Below, in pieces: positions 8,054 through 15,865 of a DNA stretch of 64,000 bases (its first letter is position 1; every line of letters starts with the position of its first letter). The DNA is from Gemmatimonadales bacterium (lineage in GTDB: Bacteria > Gemmatimonadota > Gemmatimonadetes > Gemmatimonadales > GWC2-71-9). A program made the position numbers and the translations under genes. The notes below the pieces were generated by a model. It was not told the DNA's origin. It did not search any database and saw nothing but the letters and a program-made list of their open reading frames with translations. The stretch spans positions 7,653 to 71,652 of the forward strand of contig DATBJC010000006.1 in NCBI GenBank assembly GCA_036556625.1. Reading direction: 5' to 3'.

Positions 8054-8680
8054 TCAGCCTCGTCGCGTGCCCAGAGCGGAGAGTGCCGTGGCGAGCGCCA
8101 GGCCAGGAAGAAACGCCAGGCCGAACGTGGGAAGATTCCACCGCGCGCCGGGGAAGCCGACGAGCACGGCGATGACCGCCACGACGAGGGCGAATCCCAC
8201 TGCGGTACCGAAGGCCGCACCCGCCGAGATCCGGCCGTTGCGGGCCTCCTGGTTCGCCAGGATGAACGCGCCCATCCAGGGGACGAAGGTGCCCACCATC
8301 CACCAGATCGGATGGTACCACCAGTTGCTGCCGCCGATCTGCCACCAGCGATTGGTGTAGGTGCCGATGTACTGAAGCAGGACGACGTCGATCAGGAGAA
8401 ACACCACCGCGGCACCCAGCCCGATGCCCGCAGCGCCTGCAATCCCCTCGACCGTGAACGCTCTCGTCCAGATGCCCGGCAGGAGAGTCACGGCCGCCAG
8501 ACCCACCACCAGGAGCACCGCGAGCACGGCGGTCTCGAGCGGACCAGACAGGAACCGCGACGCCAGGGACAAAAGGACGACCATCACCGCCTCGAACAGC
8601 CCGAGCAGCACCGACCCTCGCACGATCGCGGGCACGTCGGTGACGTCGTGATCACGCGGCAGCTCGGCGGCGGACGCCAT
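8054..8680 (-). CDS. Polytopic membrane protein (about 6 TM), Trp-rich loop, hypothetical
   Basis: ATG at 8680 (MASAAELPRDHD...). Several hydrophobic helices and the loop NRWWQIGGSNWWYHPIWWMVGTF. I recognise no family. Confidence 0.55.
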   Translation of the reverse strand: MASAAELPRDHDVTDVPAIVRGSVLLGLFEAVMVVLLSLASRFLSGPLETAVLAVLLVVGLAAVTLLPGIWTRAFTVEGIAGAAGIGLGAAVVFLLIDVVLLQYIGTYTNRWWQIGGSNWWYHPIWWMVGTFVPWMGAFILANQEARNGRISAGAAFGTAVGFALVVAVIAVLVGFPGARWNLPTFGLAFLPGLALATALSALGTRRG

Positions 8681-8747
8681 CCATTCTCCGATGAGAGGGG
8701 GGTGGGCGAAGTATACCGAGTCCCGCCGCGAGCGGCCAAGGGGAGCG

Positions 8748-9668
8748 TCAGGTCCCCCAGGCCAGGACCACCGCCAGATCGGTGACCGCCCAGGCGAGGA
8801 GGGCGCGGTACATCCGGTGCTGATGGTCCGCCGCCGACAGTCGATCAGCGCCACGTCTCCAGGGAACCAGCACCACGAGCCAGCTCAGCAGCGCTATCCC
8901 CAACGCAGTCCAGCGCCACGCCGCCTGCGCTCCCAGGGGCCAGCCCGATCGGACCGCCGCCCAGGCAAGGAAGGCGAACGCGATTACGACCGCGGCCAGC
9001 GCCACATCCAGGCTCAGGCGAACGCCGAGCAACAGCGCGAGCGTGCGGTCACCTCGGCGAGCGTCCTCCCGCAGTTGATAGAGCTGAGTGAGAGGATAGA
9101 GCGCCGCGAAGAGGGGGCAGAAGGCCCCCAGAACCAGTGCGTGCGTGGGATCGAGCGGGCGCCCCGTCGCGGCCCACCCGGCGAATGGGGTCAGGGTCCC
9201 GAATCCCACCATGTTGATCAACCAGTCGGCGCCGGCCACAGCTTTGAGGCGAAACGGCGGCACCGAGTAGAGGATGGACAGCGCGAAGCACAGCGCGTAG
9301 ACCAGCCGATACGCGGCCGGGAGAGCGAAGGCCGCGGCAAGACCCACTGCCATGAGAGCCACTGCAAAGAGGGCGAGCCCTCGTGGTGGTGGTGGCGGGT
9401 TGCGCAGGTACGCGATGTCGCTCTCGTCCCGGTCGAACGCGCTGTTGAGCGCCAGGGTGCCACCGTTGAGGCAGATCACCCAAAGCAGGATGCCGAGCAC
9501 TCCCGCGATGGGTGCCACGCCCCGGGCAGCACCCTCGAGACCAACGGCGAGGAGATATCCCGCGGTCGTGTGGGCGGCCATGACGGGCCACTCGACCGGT
9601 CGGAGATGCAGCAGGTAGTCGAGTCGCGGCCCGAGCAGGCGATAGCCCGCTTCCCGGGCGCGGCTCAC
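8748..9668 (-). CDS. UbiA-family aromatic/isoprenoid prenyltransferase
   Basis: LNSAFDRDESD matches the NxxxDxxxD-type motif. There is a second Asp-rich region, YQLREDARRGDRT, and about 8-9 TM helices. The start is chosen at GTG 9668 (VSRAREAGYRLLGPRLDYLLHLRPVEWPV), overlapping the coaX stop as GTGA. The ATG alternative would remove the first conserved helix. Confidence 0.65.
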   Translation of the reverse strand: MSRAREAGYRLLGPRLDYLLHLRPVEWPVMAAHTTAGYLLAVGLEGAARGVAPIAGVLGILLWVICLNGGTLALNSAFDRDESDIAYLRNPPPPPRGLALFAVALMAVGLAAAFALPAAYRLVYALCFALSILYSVPPFRLKAVAGADWLINMVGFGTLTPFAGWAATGRPLDPTHALVLGAFCPLFAALYPLTQLYQLREDARRGDRTLALLLGVRLSLDVALAAVVIAFAFLAWAAVRSGWPLGAQAAWRWTALGIALLSWLVVLVPWRRGADRLSAADHQHRMYRALLAWAVTDLAVVLAWGT

Positions 9669-10444
9669 CAGTCCAGTCCGAGATGCCGGGCCGCGATTCT
9701 GAGACCCTGAAGGGTGAGGTCCGGGTGGGTGCGCTCGATCGACTGGGTGAGCGGGGCCACTACGGCCGCGAGCCCGCCGGTGGCCACCACCCGCGGTGAT
9801 CCACCGCCGGGCCACTCGGCGCGGATCCGCCGCACGATTCCGTCCACCGCGTCGGCGGTGCCGTAGAGCACGCCCGCCTGGATACACTCCTCGGTCCGGC
9901 GGCCGATGACCCGGGTGGGAGGCTTTAACTCGGTGGCCGGGAGCTTGGCGGTGCGCCGGGTGAGCTGATCCGCGGCGGTCCGCAGCCCGGGCATGATCAC
10001 GCCGCCGAGAAACCGGGCGTCCGCCGTGATGCAGTCGAACGTCGTGGCGGTTCCGAAGTCCACCACGATGGTATCCGCGTGATACAGCTCGACCGCCGCC
10101 AGCACGTTCACGATCCGATCCGCGCCGACCGTGAGCGGCTCCTCCACCGCCAGCTTCACCGGCAGCGGCGATTCCGCGTGCACGGCGACGCCGGTGCGCC
10201 CGGTGGCGATCGCCACGCCTTCAATGATGCTCTGGGTGACGGTGGGGGCGACGGACGCGAGGCAGACCGCCCGCACCTCATTGGGCGAGTTTCCGGCCTG
10301 GGTGAGAAACCCACCGAACGCACTGGCCCACTCGTCCGGCGTGCGGTCGGGGTTGGTCGTGAGCCGCCAATGCGCCTGAAGCACGTCGCCCTGGAACAAC
10401 CCGGCCGTGATCTCGGTGTTGCCGATGTCGAGAGTGAGAAGCAT
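9665..10444 (-). CDS. coaX: Type III pantothenate kinase
   Basis: MLLTLDIGNTEITAGLF...VVDFGTATTFD...GGLA, the typical CoaX ASKHA motifs. 259 aa. Confidence 0.9.
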   Translation of the reverse strand: MLLTLDIGNTEITAGLFQGDVLQAHWRLTTNPDRTPDEWASAFGGFLTQAGNSPNEVRAVCLASVAPTVTQSIIEGVAIATGRTGVAVHAESPLPVKLAVEEPLTVGADRIVNVLAAVELYHADTIVVDFGTATTFDCITADARFLGGVIMPGLRTAADQLTRRTAKLPATELKPPTRVIGRRTEECIQAGVLYGTADAVDGIVRRIRAEWPGGGSPRVVATGGLAAVVAPLTQSIERTHPDLTLQGLRIAARHLGLDW

Positions 10445-10453
10445 AACTCGAAG

Positions 10454-11173
10454 CTAGGGCGTGAGGGACTGGTCGGCCAACTCCACAGTTCCTGCGCGGA
10501 CCGAGACGATCTCGCCTCCGGAACGTCGAACCAGGAGGGCGCCGTCATCGGCGATCCCCTGGGCGATCCCCGATACCGGCGCCAGGAGATGCCGGCCGTA
10601 GAGCCAGTCCCGCTGCCGTAACGCGCTCTGCTCGGAGGGTCGGAGCCGTTCGGTGGAAGTGTCGAGTGCGCGAAGCCCCGCCGCCACGGCCGGCTCGATC
10701 ACCTGGGGCGTAATGCCGTGCAGCCGCTCGGCCAGCGACGTGGCCATCCCCCTCAGCTCGGGGGGAATCGGGTTGGCGACATTGATGCCCACGCCGGCGA
10801 CGACCCACGCCAGCGATGCTCCCTGCCAACGTGCCTCACAGAGAATTCCGCCCAGCTTGCGGTCGCCTACCATGAGATCGTTGGGCCACTTGATCTCTAC
10901 CGGCACGCCGGGACCCAACGCCGCCATCACCTCCGTGACGGCCAGGCCGATCCGCAGCCCGATAAGCTCGACTCCATCGGCCGACGACGGACGCAGGAGC
11001 ACGCTCAGCCACAATCCGCCAGGCGGTGATTGCCAGCTGCGGCCGCGCGAGCCACGGCCACCGGTCTGCTCGCCCGCAACGGCTACCGTTCCCGCCTCCG
11101 CGCCTTCTGCCGCCAGACCATGGAGCAGGTCCATGGTCGAGTCCACGGTGGGCAGTCGAATTAGCTGGGACAT
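10454..11173 (-). CDS. birA: Biotin--[acetyl-CoA-carboxylase] ligase (class I, no HTH domain)
   Basis: LPTVDSTMDLL...GEQTGGRGSRGRSWQSPPGGLWLSVLLRP...KWPNDL. 239 aa. Confidence 0.88.
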   Translation of the reverse strand: MSQLIRLPTVDSTMDLLHGLAAEGAEAGTVAVAGEQTGGRGSRGRSWQSPPGGLWLSVLLRPSSADGVELIGLRIGLAVTEVMAALGPGVPVEIKWPNDLMVGDRKLGGILCEARWQGASLAWVVAGVGINVANPIPPELRGMATSLAERLHGITPQVIEPAVAAGLRALDTSTERLRPSEQSALRQRDWLYGRHLLAPVSGIAQGIADDGALLVRRSGGEIVSVRAGTVELADQSLTP

Positions 11174-11178
11174 GAGCG

Positions 11179-11976
11179 TCAGCCGGCGAGCCAGAGCAGC
11201 ACCAGGCCGAACCCGATGCGATACCAGGCGAACACGGCGAAGCTGTGGCCCGACACGTACGCCAGGAAGGCCTTCACCACTACCAGGGCCGAGACGAAGG
11301 ACACCACGAATCCGGTAGCGAAGAAAGGAATGTCGGAGGCCGACAGCGTTCCGGCCGACTTTGCCAGGTCGAACATCGTGGCCGCGAACATGACCGGGAT
11401 GGCCAGGAAGAAGGAGAATTCGGTCGCCGCCTTCCGCGACAGTCCCAGGGCATATCCCCCCATGATGGTGGCGCCGGAGCGGGAGGTTCCCGGGATGAGC
11501 GACAGCACTTGCGCGAGTCCGATGCCGAGCGCGGTGCGCTGAGGTACGTCGGTCACCTCCGGGAATCGAAGCCGGGGACCCCAGCGCTCGATCGCCAGGA
11601 TCGCGATCCCGCCGATGATCAGTGCCGAGGCCACCACGGGGGTGTTGAAGAGCCGGTCCTTGATCCAGTCGTGAATCAGCAAGCCGACCAGCGCCGCCGG
11701 CAGGAAGGCAATGCCCAGATTGAGGAGAAACCGTCGGCTTCCCGGATCATGGCCGGCATCGGAAACCACCCGGCGGAGCCGCTCGCGGTAGAGCCAGACG
11801 ATCGCGAGGATCGCCCCCAGCTGGATGAAAATGTCGAAGGTCTTGGCTCGCTCATCCACCTGACCGAGCCAATCGCTCACCACGATCAGGTGGCCGGTGG
11901 AGGAGACGGGAATGAACTCGGTGGCTCCTTCCACCAGGCCGAGGATGACTGCTTTGAGGAACAGCTCAGGCGGCAT
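11179..11976 (-). CDS. uppP: Undecaprenyl-diphosphate phosphatase
   Basis: LGLVEGATEFIPVSSTGHLIV and PGTSRSGATI motifs. 265 aa, polytopic. Confidence 0.9.
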   Translation of the reverse strand: MPPELFLKAVILGLVEGATEFIPVSSTGHLIVVSDWLGQVDERAKTFDIFIQLGAILAIVWLYRERLRRVVSDAGHDPGSRRFLLNLGIAFLPAALVGLLIHDWIKDRLFNTPVVASALIIGGIAILAIERWGPRLRFPEVTDVPQRTALGIGLAQVLSLIPGTSRSGATIMGGYALGLSRKAATEFSFFLAIPVMFAATMFDLAKSAGTLSASDIPFFATGFVVSFVSALVVVKAFLAYVSGHSFAVFAWYRIGFGLVLLWLAG

Positions 11977-11985
11977 GTCGGCGGC

Positions 11986-13110
11986 TCACCGAATCACCTC
12001 CTGGTACAGAGCCTCATACATGGGGACTATGGCATCGGCGGAGAATCGCCTGGCTTTCGCGATGGCCGCCTCGCGCATGGCCGCATGACGCGCGCTGTCG
12101 CGCAGCAATTCCACCGCCCGGCGGCCCATCGCCTCCACCGAGCCGACCGGTTCCAGTATTCCGTTGACGCCGTCGTCCACGACCTCGGGGAGCCCACCGG
12201 CCCGGCTGGCCACCACCGGCGCGCCACAAGCCATGGCTTCGAGCGCGGCCAGGCCGAACGACTCGGTCTGCGAGGGGAGCACGAAGAGATCGCCGGCCTG
12301 AAGCAGTGAGGCGACCGAATCCAGCCGTCCCAGGAACTTCACATCCTGGCTCACACCCAGCTCCCGGGCCTCCTGCTCGGCGTCCACCCGCTCGGGACCG
12401 TCGCCGATCATCACCAGCGTGGCCGGCATGGCGCGGCTGATCCGGGCGAACACCCGGACGACGTCCTTGACCCGCTTCACCTCGCGGAAGTTGGAGACGT
12501 GGGTGATGAGCTTGTGGCCGTCGGGTGCCAGCCCGAGCCGAGCGCTGGGCTCGCCGGGCCGGTACTCCTGCAGGTTGACGAAGTTGGGGATCATCTTGAG
12601 ATCGCAGCTCACGCAGCCGAAGGCGCGGTAGGTCTCGTCCCGAAGATAGGCGGACACCGCCGTCACCGCATCGGAGCGCTCGATGGAGAACTTGGTGATG
12701 GCGTAGAAGCTGGACTCCTGCCCTACCAGCGTGATATCGGTCCCGTGGAGCGTAGTGATCACCCGGAGGTCGCGCTCGCCGCGGAGCATCTCCCTCGCCA
12801 GGAACGCGGTGGTGGCGTGAGGGATGGCGTAGTGCACGTGGAGGATGTCGAGCCCGATCCGACTCGCCACCTCATGCTGCTTCGAGGCCAGGGCGAGAGT
12901 GTAGGGATAGTGGTCGAACAACGGATACCGGCCCATGCGGGTCTCGACCTGATGGAAGAAGACCCGCTCCGCATAGCTTCGCAGCCGGAACGGCGAGTCA
13001 TAGGTGATGAAGTGGACCTCGTGGCCCCGTCGGGCGAGTTCGAGGCCCAGCTCCGTCGCCACGGCACCGGAGCCGCCGTACGTGGGATAGCAGGTGATGC
13101 CGAGTTTCAT
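11986..13110 (-). CDS. bshA: N-acetyl-alpha-D-glucosaminyl L-malate synthase (GT4), bacillithiol biosynthesis
   Basis: ATG at 13110. [36 protein letters not shown]...[12 protein letters not shown]...[18 protein letters not shown]...[18 protein letters not shown] is collinear with Bacillus BshA as I remember it. Confidence 0.8.
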   Translation of the reverse strand: MKLGITCYPTYGGSGAVATELGLELARRGHEVHFITYDSPFRLRSYAERVFFHQVETRMGRYPLFDHYPYTLALASKQHEVASRIGLDILHVHYAIPHATTAFLAREMLRGERDLRVITTLHGTDITLVGQESSFYAITKFSIERSDAVTAVSAYLRDETYRAFGCVSCDLKMIPNFVNLQEYRPGEPSARLGLAPDGHKLITHVSNFREVKRVKDVVRVFARISRAMPATLVMIGDGPERVDAEQEARELGVSQDVKFLGRLDSVASLLQAGDLFVLPSQTESFGLAALEAMACGAPVVASRAGGLPEVVDDGVNGILEPVGSVEAMGRRAVELLRDSARHAAMREAAIAKARRFSADAIVPMYEALYQEVIR

Positions 13111-13136
13111 GCCTGACGTTCCGTGCGCGGGGTGGA

Positions 13137-13271
13137 AGCTATCAGCTATCAGCTGACCGCTATCGGACAAGCACGCCATACAGGCGCGGAGGCATCCGCC
13201 ATGTGCCAGCAACGCCGGGGCCGGGTGGTGTGCCTAGCTGATCGCTGATCGCTCATAGCCGATTGCTATCT
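13137..13271. repeat. Inverted repeat built from tandem heptamers (AGCTATC x4 / GCTGATC-type x5)
   Basis: 13137-13164 reads AGCTATC AGCTATC AGCTGAC CGCTATC. 13237-13271 reads GCTGATC GCTGATC GCTCATA GCCGATT GCTATCT. The reverse complement of the right block (AGCGATC units) matches the left block at 6 of 7 positions per unit. The right block encodes the last ~12 codons of miaA. Confidence 0.7.
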
Positions 13272-14160
13272 CCTTTGCCACTTTCTCGGGCGGACGAGTC
13301 GCGTCCAGAGTCAGCACGTCACCTGACAGCTGATGCCGGAACCAGGTCTCCTGCCGCTTGGCGTATTGCCGTGTGCTCAGTGCGATGGCCCCGGCGACGG
13401 TGTCGCGCTCCCGGCGACCGTGAAGGTACTCCACTGCCTCGCGAATGCCGACCCCGTCGAGACCCGGCGCCGTCGGCGGATGGCCCTCGGCGAGCACCGC
13501 CGCGACTTCCTCGATCAGGCCGCGTCGCATCATCTCCTCAGCCCGCCGGGCGATCCGTTGGTGGAGGACCTGCCGCGGCACGGTGAGCACCACGTACCAG
13601 GGCCGGATCGCGCCGCCCGAGCGAGCCGCCTCCTGCCAATGCGTGAGCGGATAGCCGGTCAGCAATGCGACCTCGATGGCGCGTGCCGCCCGTTGGCGAC
13701 CCCCGCTCCGGAACCCGGGATCCAGCCGTCCGGCCCAGCGCAGCATTTCGAGCGGCTCCAGCCGCGCGGTGAAAGCATCCAGCGAGCGCCGGCGGTCCGG
13801 GTCCAGCTCCGGCTCGAGGAACAGTCCCTCCGCCAGGGCGCGGACGTAGAGGCCGGTCCCCCCCACGACGACCGGCAGAGTGGCGCGGTTCCGGGCCTCA
13901 TCGAGCCACGCCGCGGCGTCACGGGCAAACCGGCCGGCGCTGTAGCGGGTGCCGGGCTCCACCAGGTCGAGGCCGTGATGGCGCACTCTGCCGCGCTCTG
14001 TTCGAGTGGGCTTGGCGGTGCCGATGTCCAGCCGGCGGTAGATCTGGCGGGAATCGGCGGAGATGACCTCGATGGGCAGGTGCGCCGCGAGCGCGAGGGC
14101 GACCGCGGTCTTCCCTACCGCGGTCGGTCCCACGATGACCGGAACTCTAGCGTCGCCCAA
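13234..14160 (-). CDS. miaA: tRNA dimethylallyltransferase
   Basis: VPVIVGPTAVGKTAVALALA...VISADSRQIYRRLDIGTAKPT. The only start before the P-loop is TTG at 14160, a 14-nt overlap with mutL. Confidence 0.88.
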   Translation of the reverse strand: MGDARVPVIVGPTAVGKTAVALALAAHLPIEVISADSRQIYRRLDIGTAKPTRTERGRVRHHGLDLVEPGTRYSAGRFARDAAAWLDEARNRATLPVVVGGTGLYVRALAEGLFLEPELDPDRRRSLDAFTARLEPLEMLRWAGRLDPGFRSGGRQRAARAIEVALLTGYPLTHWQEAARSGGAIRPWYVVLTVPRQVLHQRIARRAEEMMRRGLIEEVAAVLAEGHPPTAPGLDGVGIREAVEYLHGRRERDTVAGAIALSTRQYAKRQETWFRHQLSGDVLTLDATRPPEKVAKEIAIGYERSAIS

Positions 14161-15856
14161 AGCGGCGCTCCAGCTCCTCTCGCGGCAGTTGAACGATGGT
14201 GGACCGGCCGTGCACGTCGTGGGGCGGCAGGTCGGTGGCGAAAAGCCGGAGCAGCAGCTCCCGCATCTCCCGCTGGTCCAGCCGCTGGCCCGCCTTCACC
14301 GCGGCCCGGCAGGCGTATGTCGCGGCGAAGCGCTCCAGCCGATTGGCCCAGCCGCCGAAGCGCCCCCGGGCGAGATCGGCGACGGTCTCCCGGAAGCAGG
14401 CCTCGGCATCGAATCGCCGATGGGGGGACGGCACCGCGTGCACCGCCACGGTGCGGCCGCCGAACGGCTCGGCCTCGAAGCCGACCCGGCGGAGCTCCTC
14501 GCCGTGGGCCTCCAGCGCATCGAGCTCCTCGTCGGTCAGCTCCAGGGTCAGTGGCAGCAGCAGCCGCTGTGCCGGAGGGTCGCCGCCGGTGAGCTGGGCC
14601 ATCACCAGCTCGTAGAGCACCCGTTCGTGTGCGGAGTGCTGGTCCACGATCACCACGCCCTCGGACGCCTCGTACACGATGTAGGTATCGAAGATCTGAA
14701 GCAGCGGGACGGAGAACCCTTCCGATGGCTCCGCACCGGACTGGTCGTCAGGTTCGAGGATATCGGGAGGCGCGAAGAGGTCGGCCATTCCCGACGGCCG
14801 TCCGGTGGGATCGGGCGACGCCGGTCCCGGGCCGCTCGGTCGCCAGTCGCCCACCGCCACCGCTGCCACCATCGCGCCGAGCGCGTGGCGGACGGCTTCC
14901 TCCACCACCCGCTCCGCACCGATGCGGTCGCGGAAGCGCACCTCGAGCTTGGCCGGATGCACATTCACGTCGACATCCTCGGGGGGAACCTCGAGATCGA
15001 GCAGGAGCGAAGGACGATCACCGGGATGGATGGCTGAGCGGTACCCGGCTTCCGCGGCCCTCACCAGGAACGGGTCCTTGAACGGGCGGCCGTTGACGAA
15101 GAGCTGGGTGCGGCGGCCGGTCGGTTGGGCGTCGCCGGGGCGCTGGGCGAAACCCTTCACCCGAAACGCACCTGCCGCGTAGCTCACGGGCACCAGGGTC
15201 GCCGCCAGGTCCTTGCCCCACACGACGAGCAGCCGATCCTCGAGGCTTTGGTCCGGCGGGACCATGAGCCGGCAGGCGCCGTCCAGGTGGAGCTCGAAGC
15301 CGGCTTCGGGATGGGCCAGCGCAAGGGTCGCGACGACCTCGTGCGCGGCCCGGGTCTCACTCGAGGCCGAGCGCAAGAATTTTCGACGAGCCGGCGTGTT
15401 GAAGAAGAGCGCCCGGACCGCGACCGTGGTTCCCTGCTGCCGCACACCGTCGGCCACCCGGTCGATCCGGCCGCCCGTGACGCTCAGCTCGGTAGCACGG
15501 CCGTCGCCCTCGGACGTGGTGAGAGTGAACCGTGACACCGAGGCGATCGCCGGGAGCGCCTCGCCGCGGAACCCGAAGGTGCCGACCCCCACGAGATCGG
15601 CGACGCTCTTCACCTTGCTGGTGGCGTGACGGTCGAGCGCGAGCACGGCGTCTTCCCGTCCCATGCCGCTGCCGTCGTCGCTCACCAGCACCAGCGTCTT
15701 GCCGCCCTGCTCCAGCTCGATCCGGATGTGCCTGGCGCCGGCATCGAGCGCGTTCTCCACCAGCTCCTTGACCACCGAGGCTGGACGCTCGACTACCTCG
15801 CCCGCGGCGATCTGATCGGCAACGGCGTCGGGCAGAATCGCGATGCGGCGGGCCAT
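14147..15856 (-). CDS. mutL: DNA mismatch repair protein MutL
   Basis: MARRIAILPDAVADQIAAGEVVERPASVVKELVENALDAGA...GTFGFRGEALPAIASVS. 569 aa. Confidence 0.92.
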   Translation of the reverse strand: MARRIAILPDAVADQIAAGEVVERPASVVKELVENALDAGARHIRIELEQGGKTLVLVSDDGSGMGREDAVLALDRHATSKVKSVADLVGVGTFGFRGEALPAIASVSRFTLTTSEGDGRATELSVTGGRIDRVADGVRQQGTTVAVRALFFNTPARRKFLRSASSETRAAHEVVATLALAHPEAGFELHLDGACRLMVPPDQSLEDRLLVVWGKDLAATLVPVSYAAGAFRVKGFAQRPGDAQPTGRRTQLFVNGRPFKDPFLVRAAEAGYRSAIHPGDRPSLLLDLEVPPEDVDVNVHPAKLEVRFRDRIGAERVVEEAVRHALGAMVAAVAVGDWRPSGPGPASPDPTGRPSGMADLFAPPDILEPDDQSGAEPSEGFSVPLLQIFDTYIVYEASEGVVIVDQHSAHERVLYELVMAQLTGGDPPAQRLLLPLTLELTDEELDALEAHGEELRRVGFEAEPFGGRTVAVHAVPSPHRRFDAEACFRETVADLARGRFGGWANRLERFAATYACRAAVKAGQRLDQREMRELLLRLFATDLPPHDVHGRSTIVQLPREELERRFGRR

Positions 15857-15865
15857 CGCGAAAAT

